Part shown: positions 1-15,634 of the stretch, in pieces | How positions within the stretch are numbered: position 1 is the stretch's first letter | Layout of the letters: every line of letters begins with the position of its first letter | NCBI GenBank assembly: GCA_963849325.1 | Contig: CAWKHF010000012.1 | Location: 992,001-1,056,000, forward strand | From: an uncultured Planctomycetota bacterium | GTDB taxonomy: Bacteria > Planctomycetota > Planctomycetia > Gemmatales > Gemmataceae | DNA length: 64,000 bases | Reading direction: 5' to 3' | Made by a program: the position numbers and the translations under genes | Notes under the pieces: model-generated | Seen by the model: only the letters and a program-made list of their open reading frames with translations | What the model was told of the DNA's origin: nothing | Database searches by the model: none

Positions 1-309
1 TTCGGCGCGGACAATCCGGATAGCGAAACGATCCTGGTGGACTTCGAGGGCGGCCTTCGACAGTACGAGCCGGGCGTCGCGGGGGCCGAAGGTGCGGCCA
101 AGCCCGCCAAGATCAGTGATACCTCCGGCGTCGAGGTGCTGATGATCTCGCCCGACGGCAAGCTGCTGGCGCGCAACAGCGCCACCGACAGCGGCGACGA
201 GGAACGCAAGGGCCGTCGAGAGTCCGTGCGCCAGCGCATCGAGCAGGTTAAGTCCGGGAAAGCCGGCGGCCCCGCCGGCGGAGCCGGCGGACTCGACGTT
301 CCGCGCTGA
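1..309 (+). CDS. Hypothetical protein, C-terminal part (gene starts before the window)
   Basis: Open frame from base 1 to TGA at 307-309 with typical GC3 bias and a Gly-rich tail. Confidence 0.7.
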   Translation, partial: FGADNPDSETILVDFEGGLRQYEPGVAGAEGAAKPAKISDTSGVEVLMISPDGKLLARNSATDSGDEERKGRRESVRQRIEQVKSGKAGGPAGGAGGLDVPR

Positions 310-336
310 CGACTACGGAGCGCGTCAATCTTTCTT

Positions 337-391
337 TCCGAGCCTGAAGCGTAAGCGAAGAGCATCTCTTCGCTTATGCTTCAGGCTCGGA
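337..391. repeat. REP-like palindrome, family A (GAGCCTGAAGCGTxAGCGAAG)
   Basis: TCCGAGCCTGAAGCGTAAGCGAAGAG-cat-CTCTTCGCTTATGCTTCAGGCTCGGA; near-identical arms at 2805 and 15635. Confidence 0.9.
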
Positions 392-535
392 GGCGTTTTG
401 TCTGCAAGCGTCCTCCGGGACAATCGTCTCGACTTTTCCCCACCGATTGATTACGAGTGCGCTCCCGGAACATTCCTCGCGATGGCGATGCGCTTCGGAC
501 GCCGTGGCCTGGGGGAACGAAAGGGGATCTCGGCG

Positions 536-1801
536 ATGAGGCAAGTCGTAGTCGGTTCGGTGGCGGTCCTGCTGGCCGGTTCAACCCTGGCCTTCGCCCA
601 GGCCGAAGGAGAGACGCCGCCGGTCTCCTCGGCAGTCCCCCTCCATGCCCCGGGACCATCGCCGCTGATATTGCCTCCGCAGCCAACGCCGCCTGCTCCG
701 ATGTCGTGGTTTTCCTTCGATCCCGTTCTCGACGGCTTCGCCACGCGCTTCTGGGTCAGCGCCGATTATCTGCTGTGGTTCATCAAGGACGCCCGGGTTC
801 CTGCCCTCGTCACGACAGGTTCACTGACGGATGCGGTTCCCGGCGCTCTCGGTCAGCCGGGGTCGCAGACACTCTTCGGCGGCGACCCCAATTACGGCGT
901 CCGCTCCGGCGGACGCTTCGGCGCCGGATTCTGGCTGACGCCCGATCAGACGTTTGGCGTGGACGGCAGCTTCTTCTTTCTCGGCGGCGACCGCATCCAT
1001 TTCGACGCCGCCTCGAACGGTTCGCAGGTGTTGACCCGACCGTTTTTCAACGTCAACAGCAACCGGGAAGACGCCTCCATCGTGGCCTTCCCCGGCGAAC
1101 AAGCCGGCAGCGTCGCGGCGTCGTTATCGAGTTTCCTGTGGGGCGCGGAGGCGAACGGCCGCGGCATGTTATTCCGCGGTCCCTCCTACCAGCTGAGCCT
1201 GCTTGGCGGCTTCCGCTTTCTCAGCCTGACGGAAGGGCTGCGCATGCGGGAGAAGGATGACCTCTTTCCAACCTTCGTCGATCCGGCTGCCTGGCTCACG
1301 ATCAACGATCGCTTCCATACCAGCAACCAGTTTTACGGCGGTCAGATCGGCACGGATTTTCGCTGGAACCGAGGCCGATTCTTCGTGGACGTTCTCGGCA
1401 AGGTCGCCCTGGGCGTTTCGGTTGAGAACGCCTCCATCAACGGCTGGTCCTGTTACAGCTACGCCAACGGCCCCAGCGGCAGCATCCCCATGGGACAGCT
1501 GGCCATGCCGTCCAACATGGGTCGTTGCGGTCAGGACCAGTTCGCCGTGGTGCCCGAGTTCGGTCTCAACCTCGGCTACGCCCTCACGCGCCATCTCCGC
1601 CTGACGTTCGGCTACACGTTCCTGTACTGGAGCAGCGTCTTTCGTCCGGGCGATCAGATCGACCGGGCCGCCAACCCGACCGAGGTGCCGGCCCTGCTCG
1701 GTCTCCGTCCCATGTCCGGCCCGGCTCGGCCCAACTTCACTTTCAACGCCACCGATTTTTGGGCGCAGGGACTCAACTTCGGTCTACAGTTCCGCTACTG
1801 A
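536..1801 (+). CDS. Planctomycete BBP7-family outer-membrane beta-barrel protein
   Basis: Signal peptide, Pro-rich linker, [10 protein letters not shown] start motif, [10 protein letters not shown]-terminal [14 protein letters not shown] beta-signal. Confidence 0.85.
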   Translation: MRQVVVGSVAVLLAGSTLAFAQAEGETPPVSSAVPLHAPGPSPLILPPQPTPPAPMSWFSFDPVLDGFATRFWVSADYLLWFIKDARVPALVTTGSLTDAVPGALGQPGSQTLFGGDPNYGVRSGGRFGAGFWLTPDQTFGVDGSFFFLGGDRIHFDAASNGSQVLTRPFFNVNSNREDASIVAFPGEQAGSVAASLSSFLWGAEANGRGMLFRGPSYQLSLLGGFRFLSLTEGLRMREKDDLFPTFVDPAAWLTINDRFHTSNQFYGGQIGTDFRWNRGRFFVDVLGKVALGVSVENASINGWSCYSYANGPSGSIPMGQLAMPSNMGRCGQDQFAVVPEFGLNLGYALTRHLRLTFGYTFLYWSSVFRPGDQIDRAANPTEVPALLGLRPMSGPARPNFTFNATDFWAQGLNFGLQFRY

Positions 1802-2706
1802 GATTTCGCGGGCGTGGAGCCGTTCTTCTTGGCCTCTTCCTTGGGCTTGTCCGTTCGCCACAACCAGCGCAGCGATTCGGGCAGAATGGCGCCGCCGTGT
1901 TTGCCGTTGTGTCCGCCGTCGCCATATTCAAACCGATAGTCGTAGCCGGCGAACTTCAGCGCCGCCGCCATCTGCTGGTTCGCCAGCGGCCAGTTACCGT
2001 GTTGATTGTCCAGGTCGTGCGAGCCATCTTGCAGGAAGACGCGGATCGGTTTGCGTTCCGTCTTGCGGATCAGGGCCGGATAGACGTGTCCGCCGTGGAT
2101 GTTCGTGAAGCTGCCGACGTGGCTGAGTACCTTGCCGAACAGGTCCGGCCGTTCCCAAGCGGCGGTGAAGGCGCAGATGCCGCCCGAGCTGATGCCGCAG
2201 ATCGCTCGCCCGGCCGCGTCCTTGCGCAGGTTGTACTCCTTGGCCACCTCCGGCAGGATCTCCTTCTCCAGGAAGCGGACATACTGGTCCGACAGCGTGT
2301 CGTACTCAAAGCTGCGGTTGCTGCGGGCCGCCTTGTCCTTGCCATTTGCTGGCATCGTCCCCGGATTGATGAAGATGCCAATCGTCACCGGCATCTCTTT
2401 TTTGTGGATGAGATTGTCGAAGACGATCGGCACGCGGAACTGCCCCTTGGGATTGACGTAGCCAACGCCGTCCTGGAAGACCATGACGCAGGCCGGCTGT
2501 TTCGGATCGTACTGGGCCGGAACGTAAACCCAGTAATCGCGCACCGTGCCGGGAAAGATGGTGCTGGTCCAGGAATGCTTGGTGACCTTGCCGTGCGGAA
2601 CGTCCGGCCGTTCCTGCGAGTCGGGTCCGAGTTGGTAATCGTCGGCGCCCCGGAGCAGAGGGACGCATAACAACAGAGAAGTGACGGCAACGAGGCAGCG
2701 CGACAT
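1795..2706 (-). CDS. Secreted alpha/beta-hydrolase (enterochelin-esterase/Fes-like esterase)
   Basis: Signal peptide; [23 protein letters not shown] nucleophile elbow, GGHNG His motif. Confidence 0.85.
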   Translation of the reverse strand: MSRCLVAVTSLLLCVPLLRGADDYQLGPDSQERPDVPHGKVTKHSWTSTIFPGTVRDYWVYVPAQYDPKQPACVMVFQDGVGYVNPKGQFRVPIVFDNLIHKKEMPVTIGIFINPGTMPANGKDKAARSNRSFEYDTLSDQYVRFLEKEILPEVAKEYNLRKDAAGRAICGISSGGICAFTAAWERPDLFGKVLSHVGSFTNIHGGHVYPALIRKTERKPIRVFLQDGSHDLDNQHGNWPLANQQMAAALKFAGYDYRFEYGDGGHNGKHGGAILPESLRWLWRTDKPKEEAKKNGSTPAKSQ

Positions 2707-2804
2707 GGACGGTCCTTTCGTGGTCCGGAGCGGGAGATCAACACGGCCGAGGGCAAAAAGCAGACTAACATGAGGCGGGGGCGCAAGCAAGCAAACCGTT
2801 GACG

Positions 2805-2860
2805 ATCCGAGCCTGAAGCGTCAGCGAAGAGATCTCTTCGCTGACGCTTCAGGCTCGGAT
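2805..2860. repeat. Perfect 56-bp palindrome, family A
   Basis: ATCCGAGCCTGAAGCGTCAGCGAAGAGA|TCTCTTCGCTGACGCTTCAGGCTCGGAT immediately after the permease stop codon. Confidence 0.95.
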
Positions 2861-2861
2861 T

Positions 2862-4220
2862 TTATTCGTGGCGCAGCGCCTCGATGGGATCGAGCATGGC
2901 GGCGCGGTAGGCCGGATACAGGCCAAACGCCACGCCGACGCCGACGGAGACATCAGCGACAGGAAGATCGACGGCACGTGGATCTTGGCCGGCAGGTGCG
3001 CGCTCCACAACCACTGCGACATCGCCGGCACCACGAAGACGACGACCAGGCCCGATGATCGTGCCCAGCAGGCCGCCGAGCGTCGTCTGCACCACGGCCT
3101 CGATGAGGAACTGCATGGTGATGTCGCGGCGCTTGGCGCCCAGGGCGCGGCGGATGCCGATCTCGCGCGTCCGCTCCGTCACCGTCGCCAGCATGATGTT
3201 CATGATGCCGATGCCGCCGACCACCAGCGAGATGCTGGCGATCATCACCAGCAGGCCGGTGAAGCGGCTCTTCTCGCGCTCGGCCGCCTCCAGCTTGTCC
3301 AGCGGCACCGTCACCAGCCAGTCCGGTTTGATCGTGCCGCGACAGGATCGACTTGATCAACTCGCCGGTCGGCCGCACCTTGTCGATGTCGCTGACCGTC
3401 AGCGTGACCTGGCTGAGCTCCACCTGCTCGCGCTGCAGCGAGCCGGCCTGGCGGATAGATGATGGTTTCGCCGAAGCGGGCGTTGCAGGTCGAGAGCGGG
3501 ATGTAGACGTCGTTGTTGAAGTCCTCGGCGGCTGGAGCCGCCGGTATCGCCCATCGGCGTGCGGTTGCGCAGGACGCCGACGACGACGTACAGATACTTG
3601 TCGACGCCGACGGTCTTGCCGAGCGGGTCCTCGAAGGGGAACAGCGCCTGGGCGACGTTGGCAGCCGAGCACGACGACGTTGCGCACCTTGGTCGTCGTC
3701 CTCGTCGCGGAGGAAGCGGCCCAGGGCCATCGGCAGCTCGTTGACCTGGGCGTAGCCGGCGTCGTGCCGACGGCGCGGCCGTTGAAGACACGCTGCAAGG
3801 CGGCGGATCTCCTGCGGGAAGATGCGCATGGGCACCATGCGCGTCACCGTGCCGCCCTCCTCCAGGACGGCGAAGCGCTCGTAGTCGCCCTGCGTCAGGC
3901 CGTAGATCGCCACGCGCGATCGGCTGCCGGTCGCCGAGTTCTCCGGCGGCTTGACGCTGCGGACGATGATGTTGGTCGCGCCCAGCTTGCGGATGTCGTC
4001 GAGGGCGTCCTGCATGCTGCCCTCGCCGAAGGCCATCAGGGCGATGACCGCTCCGGTGCCGATGATGATGCCCAGCACCGACAGGAAGGCGCGCAGCTTG
4101 TGCAGCCACAGGCTGCGCAGGGCCAACGCCAGGCTGCGCCGGCCCTTGTCCCAGTACAGCATCGGACCGCAGGACCAGTCCGACGACCAGGACAGCCAGG
4201 ACCGTATAAAGAAGGTACAT
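2862..4220 (-). CDS. MacB/FtsX-type ABC transporter permease (several frameshifts)
   Basis: [49 protein letters not shown] and [20 protein letters not shown] spread over different frames. Confidence 0.9.
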
Positions 4221-4251
4221 GCGGGTCGCTCAACGAAGGTTCGGAAACGAC

Positions 4252-5024
4252 TCACAGGCCGGCGGGATGGGCCGACGAAGCCGTTGCCGTAAAGTCGGCA
4301 TCCGCCTGGGCGAGATTGGCGCCGACGTGGCGGTGTTGGTTGCAGACTCGTCCGACTCGATGTGGCCGTCGCGCATGCGGATAACGCGCTTGGCCCAGGC
4401 GGCGATGTCGTTCTCGTGCGTGACCATGATGATGGTCTTGCCGGTCTTGTTCACTTGCTGGAGCCGTTCCATGATCTCGTCGCTGGTCTTGGAGTCGAGG
4501 TTGCCGGTCGGCTCGTCGGCGAGGATGACGTGCGGGTCGTTGACCAGGGCGCGGGCGATGGCGACGCGCTGCTGCTGGCCGCCGGACAGCTGCATGGGCC
4601 GATGGTCGAGGCGATCGCCCAGGCCGACCAGCGTCGCCAGGTGGATGCACCATTCGCGCGTCGCTTCGGTCAGCTTGATGCCCTGGTAGAGCAGCGGGAT
4701 CTCGATGTTCTCGACCACCGTGTACTGCGGCAGCAGGTTGTACGACTGGAAGATGAAGCCGAGGTAGCGGCTGCGGATCTCGGAGAGCTGGTCGTCGTCC
4801 ATCCGCGAGACGTCCTCGTCGCCGAGGAAGTAATGGCCGCTGGTGGGCCGGTCGAGGCAGCCGAGCAGGTTGAGCAGCGTCGATTTGCCGGAGCCGGACG
4901 GCCCCATGAGGGCGACGAAATCGCCCTCCTCGACCGTCAGCGACACGCCGCGCAGGGCTTGCACGGTGACGGATTCGAGGTAATAGTTTTTGACCAGGTC
5001 GAGGATGCGGACGACGTCGGCCAT
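4252..5024 (-). CDS. ABC transporter ATP-binding protein (MacB/LolD-like); 3' end approximate
   Basis: Walker [24 protein letters not shown], Walker [13 protein letters not shown]-loop VTHE. Confidence 0.92.
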
Positions 5025-5073
5025 GTCTTCGGTTCTTTCCGGGAGAGGGATCAGCCGTTTGCGCAGCCCATCG

Positions 5074-5128
5074 GAGCCGCGACCGTCAAGGAGCGGAGAT
5101 TCTCCCCGCTCCCTGACGGTCGCGGCTC
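5074..5128. repeat. REP-like palindrome, family B (GAGCCGCGACCGTxAGGGAGCGG)
   Basis: GAGCCGCGACCGTCAAGGAGCGG...CCGCTCCCTGACGGTCGCGGCTC between the adaptor and ATPase genes. Confidence 0.9.
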
Positions 5129-5139
5129 GGTTCTTGCCG

Positions 5140-7153
5140 CTAGACCCCTTGCTTGCCGCTGGGCCGTCCACCAGCCGGCCTCGCGCCGCCGGGTGCTCCA
5201 GCCGGCGCGCCGTCTGGCGAAGCACCGTCCGGCATTCCGCCCTTACCTTTGCCGCCCTTACCCTTGCCTTTGCCGCCACCGGGGGCCTCTCGCCGCCCTG
5301 GCTGCTGCGGGCCGGCAGGTTGCCGAACTCCATCCGCTCCTTCTCGGACAGCAGCACGACCGGGTTGAGGACGACCACGTCGCCCTCGTTCAACCCCTCC
5401 TTGACCTCGACCATCTTCTCGTTGCTCAAGCCGAGCCGGATCTCGCGCATGCGCGGTCCCTCGGGCGTCATGACGAAGCACTTGCGCTTCTCGCCCATCT
5501 CCACCGAACCCATCACCGCTTGCAGCGGTAGGGCCAGCACCGGTTCCTTCTGGCTGTCCACGAAGATGGTCACCTCCGCGTCCATACCGGGCTTGACCCC
5601 ATCGAGCGACTCATCGATGGAGATGTACGTCTGGTAGACCTTGACGTCGGAACCAAAGAGGTCCGTCTGCGAGGCGACGGTCGCCACCGATTTGACGTGG
5701 GCCTTGAGCGGACGGTCGGAGAAGGCGTTGACGCGCACCTGGGCCTCCTGACCGCGGGTGACCAATTTCGATTCTGCTCGGCGGTGATCGACGATGAATT
5801 GGGTGCGGAAGTCGGTCTGGAAGGCGGCGGCGCTGGAGATGGCCCCGAGCAGGTCCGGCTGCAGAGACAGGCCGAACTCGACTGCGGTGCTGAAGCCAGT
5901 CTCCCGGCGAACGTCGCCGCGGACGCGCGAAACCATGGACTCGTGGACGCGGGAATTGGCGACCATGTGCGACAGGTCGGGGATGGTCATCAGTTTTTGC
6001 CCCTCATCCACCGCCTCGCCCTGGGCGATGATCTTTTGCTTGCCGATGCCCCAACGGGCGCGTTCCTCGATCCAGTAGACCAACATGCCCGATTTGGGAG
6101 CCCGGATGATGCACTTGTCGATTTCCTTCTCCAGATCGCGTTGCTGGTCCAGAGCCTTATCGTAAGCGAGTTGGGTCGTTTTCCGCAACACATCGGCCTT
6201 GATCCGCTTAGCCTCGGCCTGGAGGGTGGAGCGAGCCAACTTCCGTTTCGCTTCCTCGACCTTGCCCTTGAGATCGACGTTGTTCCGCTCCAGCGTGAGC
6301 CGGTCGAGAACATCGACTTGTTTCTCGAAATTATCCAGGGTGATTTGCGCCTGAGCAGACGGGCGTGATCGGCTTCGGCCTGGGCTGTGGTGACGTACTG
6401 CCGTCCCGGCCGCGACATGCGCTCCGACCAGCCGGCCCGTTCTTCCCACATCTGCAGGTCCGACTTGGCCATGGTCCGCTTGCCGAACGAGGTCCGTCCT
6501 CGTTTGTAGATACAGACCCTCCACGTATTCTTGCAACATGATCTGGGCGACTTCCAGCAATACCTTCTGGGTTTCGATGTCGCCCATGGCCTCGCTCAGG
6601 TCGATCTTGTACTGCTCTTCCGCTTGCAACCAGGCGCCCTTGGCATTCTCCACGATGATCTGCTGAGAGGTGAGCAGGTCTTGCAAGCCGGAGTCGTCCA
6701 GGCGGACGACAACGTCGCCCTTGCTAACGATGGCACCGTTATCGGTCACCCAGCGGATGTTCGTGGCCGAAGCGCCGGTGGCGCGGGCCTTGACGGTGCA
6801 GGTGATCTCGTTGTTATCAGCCGACTCCAGGGTGCCGCGATCGACGATGGTGACCTGCAATTTTTCGCGCTTGATCGCGTGCAGGATCAGGTCGGGGCGA
6901 TGCCCTTGTTGTGGGCGAAGAAATACCAGCCGCCGAAGCTGGCGCCTCCCGCGACGGCCAGGACCAGCAAGGCGATCAGCCCTTTACTTCGCCGCTTCCA
7001 TCCCTTGCTCTTGCTGGGCAGACGGCTCGGGGCGGGGCTGGGGGAGAGGTTCGGGGCGAGGGGCGGGGAGTTGTTCGGGGGGGCTGGCGAGCCGTTGCTC
7101 TCCGGCGGATTGGCGGTTGTCAGCGGTGTTGTTGACAGATGTTGCGGCGTCAT
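5140..7153 (-). CDS. HlyD/MacA-type periplasmic adaptor subunit (frameshifted)
   Basis: N-terminal TM GLIALLVLAVAGG, VTIVDRGTLES, coiled coil, IIRAPKSG, VKPGMDAEV, GLNEGDVVVL, Gly/Lys-rich tail ending at 5140. Confidence 0.85.
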
Positions 7154-9982
7154 CAATCCAGACTCCACGGTTGTCCAGCGGCATCACACCCATGTCACGG
7201 TAGAGATCCATGCGATCGATCACATAGGTTATCCAGGTATTATACAGATCATTCTGCGATCGCAATAGAGAACCCTGGGTAGATAAAAGCTGGGTGGTGA
7301 GGGCGGCCGGGTCGCCGACCCGCGGTCGATCAGCCACCGGGCCGACCAACCCCTGGATGTCCGCGCCCGGCGGCGCCTGCGGCTGGTTGAACGCCTGCAA
7401 GGCCTGATCGACCTGCATGTACGCCAGCTCGATCTGCCGCTTCTGGATGCGCTGGAAGTTGTTGGCCAAGGCCCGCACCTGACGCAGATCGAAGCGGACG
7501 TTGAAGATCAACTGGTCCTCGTAGGCCATCAAATTGCGGCGAAGCTGCTGGAAAGCGACGAGGGTGCCGCGGTAGGCGTTGCGCTGATTGATGCGGACCA
7601 GGGGCGGCGTGGCGATGAAGATCAGCTCGTGACGGGTCCGCGACCCACCGAGGGCGAAGGGATTGCCGCCCAAGGCCGGCGATTGCGCGTCGAGGTGATA
7701 GTCCACGTCGAAGGTGCCCATCAGGGCGTTGGCGGCGACACGGATCTTGCGCCAGGCATCCGTCTGCTGCGCCCGCACGTTCATGAGGTCCACGCGGTAG
7801 TTCATGGTGGTCCGCTCCACCGCCAGCAGGGCCTCGGTCTCCGGCGCTGAGCAGGTCCACGCCCTCGGCGCGCACGGCCGGCAGAGCGGGCCACATCTCC
7901 TTGATGCCCTGCTGGCGCTCGATGAAGGCTTTATCGACGACGGCGAGGAGGTAACGATAAACCCGACGGAATTCCTCGTTGGCCCGCAACTGCCGTTCCA
8001 CGGGGTTCTTGATCGAACTCCAAGGCTCCGTCTCGTAGACACTCAGGAAGTACTCCAACCGTCCCAGGTCCGACTCCATGTAAATCTCATCCAGGCGGCG
8101 CAGGTCGGCCTCCGGCAGAGGCTCGCCCGGATTTTTCGCCCGCTTGATGCGCAGGGACTCGCGCTCCTTCTCCAGTTCCTTCAGCCGGGCGTCGAGCGTC
8201 TTGAGCCGGTCGTCCAAGCCCTGACCTCTGCCGAGGTTTTCCCAGTAAATCCAGCTTTTCAGGGTGCGCTCGCGCGTCCGCGTGCCACGCATCAGCGGCG
8301 TTCGATCCAGCAAGCGGTGCAGCCGATCCCGCAATTGCCGTGCATCGGTCGAACGACCGTAGAGCAGACCGTTGTAGACTACGCGCTCGAAGTCGATGGA
8401 CAGCTTTTCGTAGCCTTCGATCAGGTTAATCATCGGCTGCAACGGGCCGGGGTCCAACTCGATTGGCACCGTCAAAGGCAGACCGAGTTGCTGTTTGAGC
8501 TGATCGAGCGAGACGCGATAGCTGACGTGCTGGCCCAGCACGGTTTCGATGCTGGCCAGCAGTTGCTGCTCGATCTGGCCTTTCTGCACCTGGTTGACGA
8601 GACCGCCTTCGAGGAACACCTCGAACAGGCGGAGGAACCGTTGCAGGTTCTGAATGTTCTTGTAGTAGTTGACGAGGTTGGCGCGCTCCTGGATGGCCGA
8701 GAGATAGCCCTGTGGGGTGACGAACACGCCCGCGCCGAGGTTCGGCGCCAGGGCGGCCGTCGTGCCCACCTGGACCGTCGCCGCGTTGGTGGCCGTCAGC
8801 GAGGGAAGGATCGGCCCGCCGGCCGGGATGGTGGGTCCGGCCTGCTGTACCGTGCTGGGGTTGATGGCGACCACGCCGGCGCCGACGCCGGGGATGAAGC
8901 CGGTGGACTGCCCGGCCGCGAAGAAGACGAAGAACTCCTGACGACGGCGGTAGAAATCGCGGATGGCGTAGAGCAGATCGCGTTCGGCCTGCGTCAGGGG
9001 TTCCAGGGCGACGGCGCGGCCGCCGCCGGCCAGGAACGGCTGAACGATGTCCAGCGACACGTTGGAGGCGCTGGTCAGGCCGGGCGCCGGTGCCTCCGCC
9101 CAGGTTGTACACCGTTTGGTTGGCGAAATTCAAAAGCAGCAAGGCGCCGGTGGAGAACAGCTTGGTGAAGCCGGTCGTGCTGTTGGCGATCCAGCGGTTG
9201 GTCTGGCCGTCCACCGATTGGGCGCCGCTGCGCTCGCGGATCACCTGTTCGGTGACGAACGGCTGGGCGATGAAGGCGAAGCGCTCGGCCGTCACGGTCA
9301 GGGCCGTCAGGTACAGCTGCTCGCGGATGGTCTGGAACTCGCGGCTGTTGAAGAAGCCCAACTCGGTGACCTGCTCCATGGTCAGCAGGAACGGCTTGAA
9401 CTTCTGGTACTGGCTGGTCTGGCCCGCTTCGGGCAGGGCGGCGGTGCCCGTGACCGCCGAATTCAGCTCGCGCTCGATCTGATCGTTGACCTCGGCAGCA
9501 CGCTGGGCGAAGGTCTTGTTCTCGCCGGGCAGCAGCGGCTCTTCGCCCAGGTCTTCTTCCGCTTCCTCCTTCGCCTTCAACTCCGCATCTCTTCGCGTGC
9601 GGTTTTCGACGTCCCACTTGCGCATCAACTCCAGATAGCCGGTGCCCTGCCAGTTCTTGTAACCCTTGAGCAACGGCCTCTGCGGATGCGGCGACAGATC
9701 CCAGGCGGCGGGGTCATCCGGCGGCATGGGCGGACGATCCGGGTCGGTCGGGTCGGCGAAACGCGACAGTGGATGCGGGTACACGTAGAAGTCCTGTAGC
9801 TTCCACCAACCGGGATAGCGGTCCTTCTGAGCGAGGACGAGGTCCGCGTCGGCGTCAGCCCGTCTCCGGAAGAAACGCCGCGTACAACCGCTCAGGGGCG
9901 TGAGCAAACCAAGGACCAGCAAACTCAACAAGATCGTCCAACGGAGCCGGCCCGCTTCATGCTGTCGAAGGAAAGTCATCAT
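6984..9982 (-). CDS. Planctomycete TolC-family outer-membrane lipoprotein (frameshifted)
   Basis: Lipobox LSGC; NSREFQTIREQLYLTAL, NYRVDLMNVRAQQTDAWRKI, RMDLYRDMG; first gene of the efflux operon. Confidence 0.8.
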
Positions 9983-10180
9983 AAACAGCCCGTGCTCATG
10001 CCCGCGAATACGGAGTAACCGATAGCTTCCTTATCGGCGGCAAGGTTTGACTGGCTTTACACGAAAAAAAGGGGAGAGAGCAAATATGAGAGAATAATCA
10101 TGAGGAAGTCTTGCGCGAGGATTCGGGACATGCGTGGCGAGCGAAGTTGAGGAAGAAAATGAAGGACCGTCACGAATATA

Positions 10181-13628
<3,448 letters not shown>

Positions 13629-13777
13629 GTGCAAGCCCCCCGTTCTCTTACGGTCGCGGCTCGGTTCGCTTGCGCTAAGCCGCAAGCGGCCGCGAAGGAA
13701 AAAAGTGTATGAAATCATCCTGGCTCACGGCACTGTAAAGAGGAGACGAGTCCGGGACAGCCGAGGAAAGGAGTCTT

Positions 13778-15559
13778 ATGGCGACCCCTCCCGCGGGCAG
13801 CTTCCTCCGTCAATTACGCCGGTTGGCGCTCCGCCCGCACGACGCCGCCCTGACGGACGGCCAATTATTGCGTTCCTTTCTCAACCGCCGCGACGAGGCG
13901 GCTTTCGAGGCGCTGGTGCGGCGTCACGGGCCGATGGTCCGCGGCGTCTGTCGCCGTGTCTTGCGGAACGTCCATGATGCCGACGACGCCTTCCAAGCTG
14001 TCTTTCTGGTCCTTCTCCGCAAAGCGCCCGCTCTGGCCACGCGCGAGGTTGTCGGCGACTGGCTGCATGGAGTAGCCTACCGCACGGCCCTGAAAGCACG
14101 CGCCGCCGAAGCTCGCCGCCGGGTGAAGGAAAGGCAGACGCCTCGGCGCGAAGCGATCAAGGAAGAAAGTTGGCCGGAATGGCGGACGCTGCTCGATCAG
14201 GAGGTCGGTCGGCTGCCCGAAAAGTACCGTCTTCCCGTGGTGCTGTGCGACCTGCAAGGCCGCACGCGCAACGAGGCGGCCCGTCAACTCGGCTGGCCGG
14301 AGGGCACGCTGTCGGGCCGACTGGCGCGGGCGCGGACGATGCTGGCTCGTCGGTTGACGCGCCGCGGGATGACACTGCCAGCTGGCGCCCTGTCGGTCGT
14401 GCTGACGCGGGAAGCGGCGGCCCATCTTCCCATCTCCCTGGTTGATTCCACGTGCAAGGCCGCGATGTCGTTCGCAGCCGGTCACGCGGCGGCCGTGCCC
14501 GCCACGGTCGCCGCCCTTACGGAAGGAGTCGTGAGAGCCATGTTTCTGAGCAAGCTGAAGACCCTCTCGGTGCTCCTGGCGTCGGCCCTCGTCCTCGCGG
14601 CCGGGGTCGGCGCGTGGCGGCACACCGCGGCCGCCGGACAGACCGAGGAACGGCGAGAAGAAAAGCCCCTCCCCGTGCCGCGCGATCGTCCCAAAGTCCC
14701 CGGAATTGTCCCCGCGGTTCGCCACTTCCAAATCGATCTGCGCCTCCTACGCGAGAAGGACGGGCAACGGAAGTTGTTGGCATCTCCGCGACTGCTGGCG
14801 CGGGAGGGTAAACAGGCATCGTTCGCAACCGGCGAACCTTATTCGATCCAGGTCGGAAGGGAGAAGTATGAAGAGGTCGTCATGGGACCGGCCGTCCAAG
14901 TGCTGGTCCGTTCGGAAGAGGGACGCAGGGTCCGCCTGGACATGACGATGAGTCAACCGATACGCGGCCTCTTCGACGCGGATGTGACTGTGGAAACGAA
15001 GTCCGTCCGCGTCCTTCGCTCGCTCGAACTTGGCGAGCCGGTTGCCGTCAAGCTCAAGACGGGCGACAAGGATCAGAATGTTCTGGAAGTGACGGCAGCC
15101 ATTCGTGAGGTGGAGAAAGACACCGACGCCAACACGATTGCGGCGGCCGAAAATGATCTGAAGATGGCTGAGTTCTATCGCCGCAGCGGCCATCTCGATT
15201 CGTCGCGCTTCTACTACGAGCTAATCCGCCGGCGCTATCCCGACACCATCTACGCCGAGCGAGCCAGGGAGCGCCTGGCCGAGTTGAAAGAGCAACCGGA
15301 GAAACCCGCCGAGGCCCAAGGAAAGGAGCCGCCCCGAGTCGGGCAAATCTTCGTCCGGGGCAATGCCAAGACCCCGCAAGATGTCATCTTGAAACGATTC
15401 CCCCTTTTCCCCGGTCAGGTCTTGATCGCTTCCGACCTCCGCGACGCCGAGCGCAACCTTTCTCGGCTCAAGGGTCTCAAGAGCGCCAAGGTTGGCGTGA
15501 TGAGTGGGCAAGAAGACTCCGTGTTCAAGGACATCGAGATCATCGTGGAAGAAAAGTAA
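13778..15559 (+). CDS. ECF sigma-70 factor with transmembrane helix and long extracytoplasmic extension
   Basis: DEAAFEALVRRHGPMV, DADDAFQAVFLVL, LPEKYRLPVVLCDLQG..EAARQLGWPEGT; TM LSVLLASALVLAAGVGAW; RBS AAGGAG. Confidence 0.92.
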   Translation: MATPPAGSFLRQLRRLALRPHDAALTDGQLLRSFLNRRDEAAFEALVRRHGPMVRGVCRRVLRNVHDADDAFQAVFLVLLRKAPALATREVVGDWLHGVAYRTALKARAAEARRRVKERQTPRREAIKEESWPEWRTLLDQEVGRLPEKYRLPVVLCDLQGRTRNEAARQLGWPEGTLSGRLARARTMLARRLTRRGMTLPAGALSVVLTREAAAHLPISLVDSTCKAAMSFAAGHAAAVPATVAALTEGVVRAMFLSKLKTLSVLLASALVLAAGVGAWRHTAAAGQTEERREEKPLPVPRDRPKVPGIVPAVRHFQIDLRLLREKDGQRKLLASPRLLAREGKQASFATGEPYSIQVGREKYEEVVMGPAVQVLVRSEEGRRVRLDMTMSQPIRGLFDADVTVETKSVRVLRSLELGEPVAVKLKTGDKDQNVLEVTAAIREVEKDTDANTIAAAENDLKMAEFYRRSGHLDSSRFYYELIRRRYPDTIYAERARERLAELKEQPEKPAEAQGKEPPRVGQIFVRGNAKTPQDVILKRFPLFPGQVLIASDLRDAERNLSRLKGLKSAKVGVMSGQEDSVFKDIEIIVEEK

Positions 15560-15634
15560 TACCATTCTCGCGCCCGCCGAACACGCAGCCCCCGGCTCGC
15601 CAAGGGCAGCGTACTACAACCTCCAGGGGTCTTT

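Noticed and set aside
337-391. Palindromes as rho-independent terminators
   Set aside because: Stems are 23-30 bp, multi-copy and mostly lack U-tracts; several lie inside operons or CDSs, so they were annotated as repeats (some may still stabilise or end transcripts)
4230-6860. 876-aa ORF apparently fusing the HlyD adaptor to the ABC ATPase
   Set aside because: A frameshift near 5280 diverts the adaptor from its Gly/Lys-rich tail (stop at 5140) and reads through an intergenic palindrome; the ATPase has its own ATG at 5024
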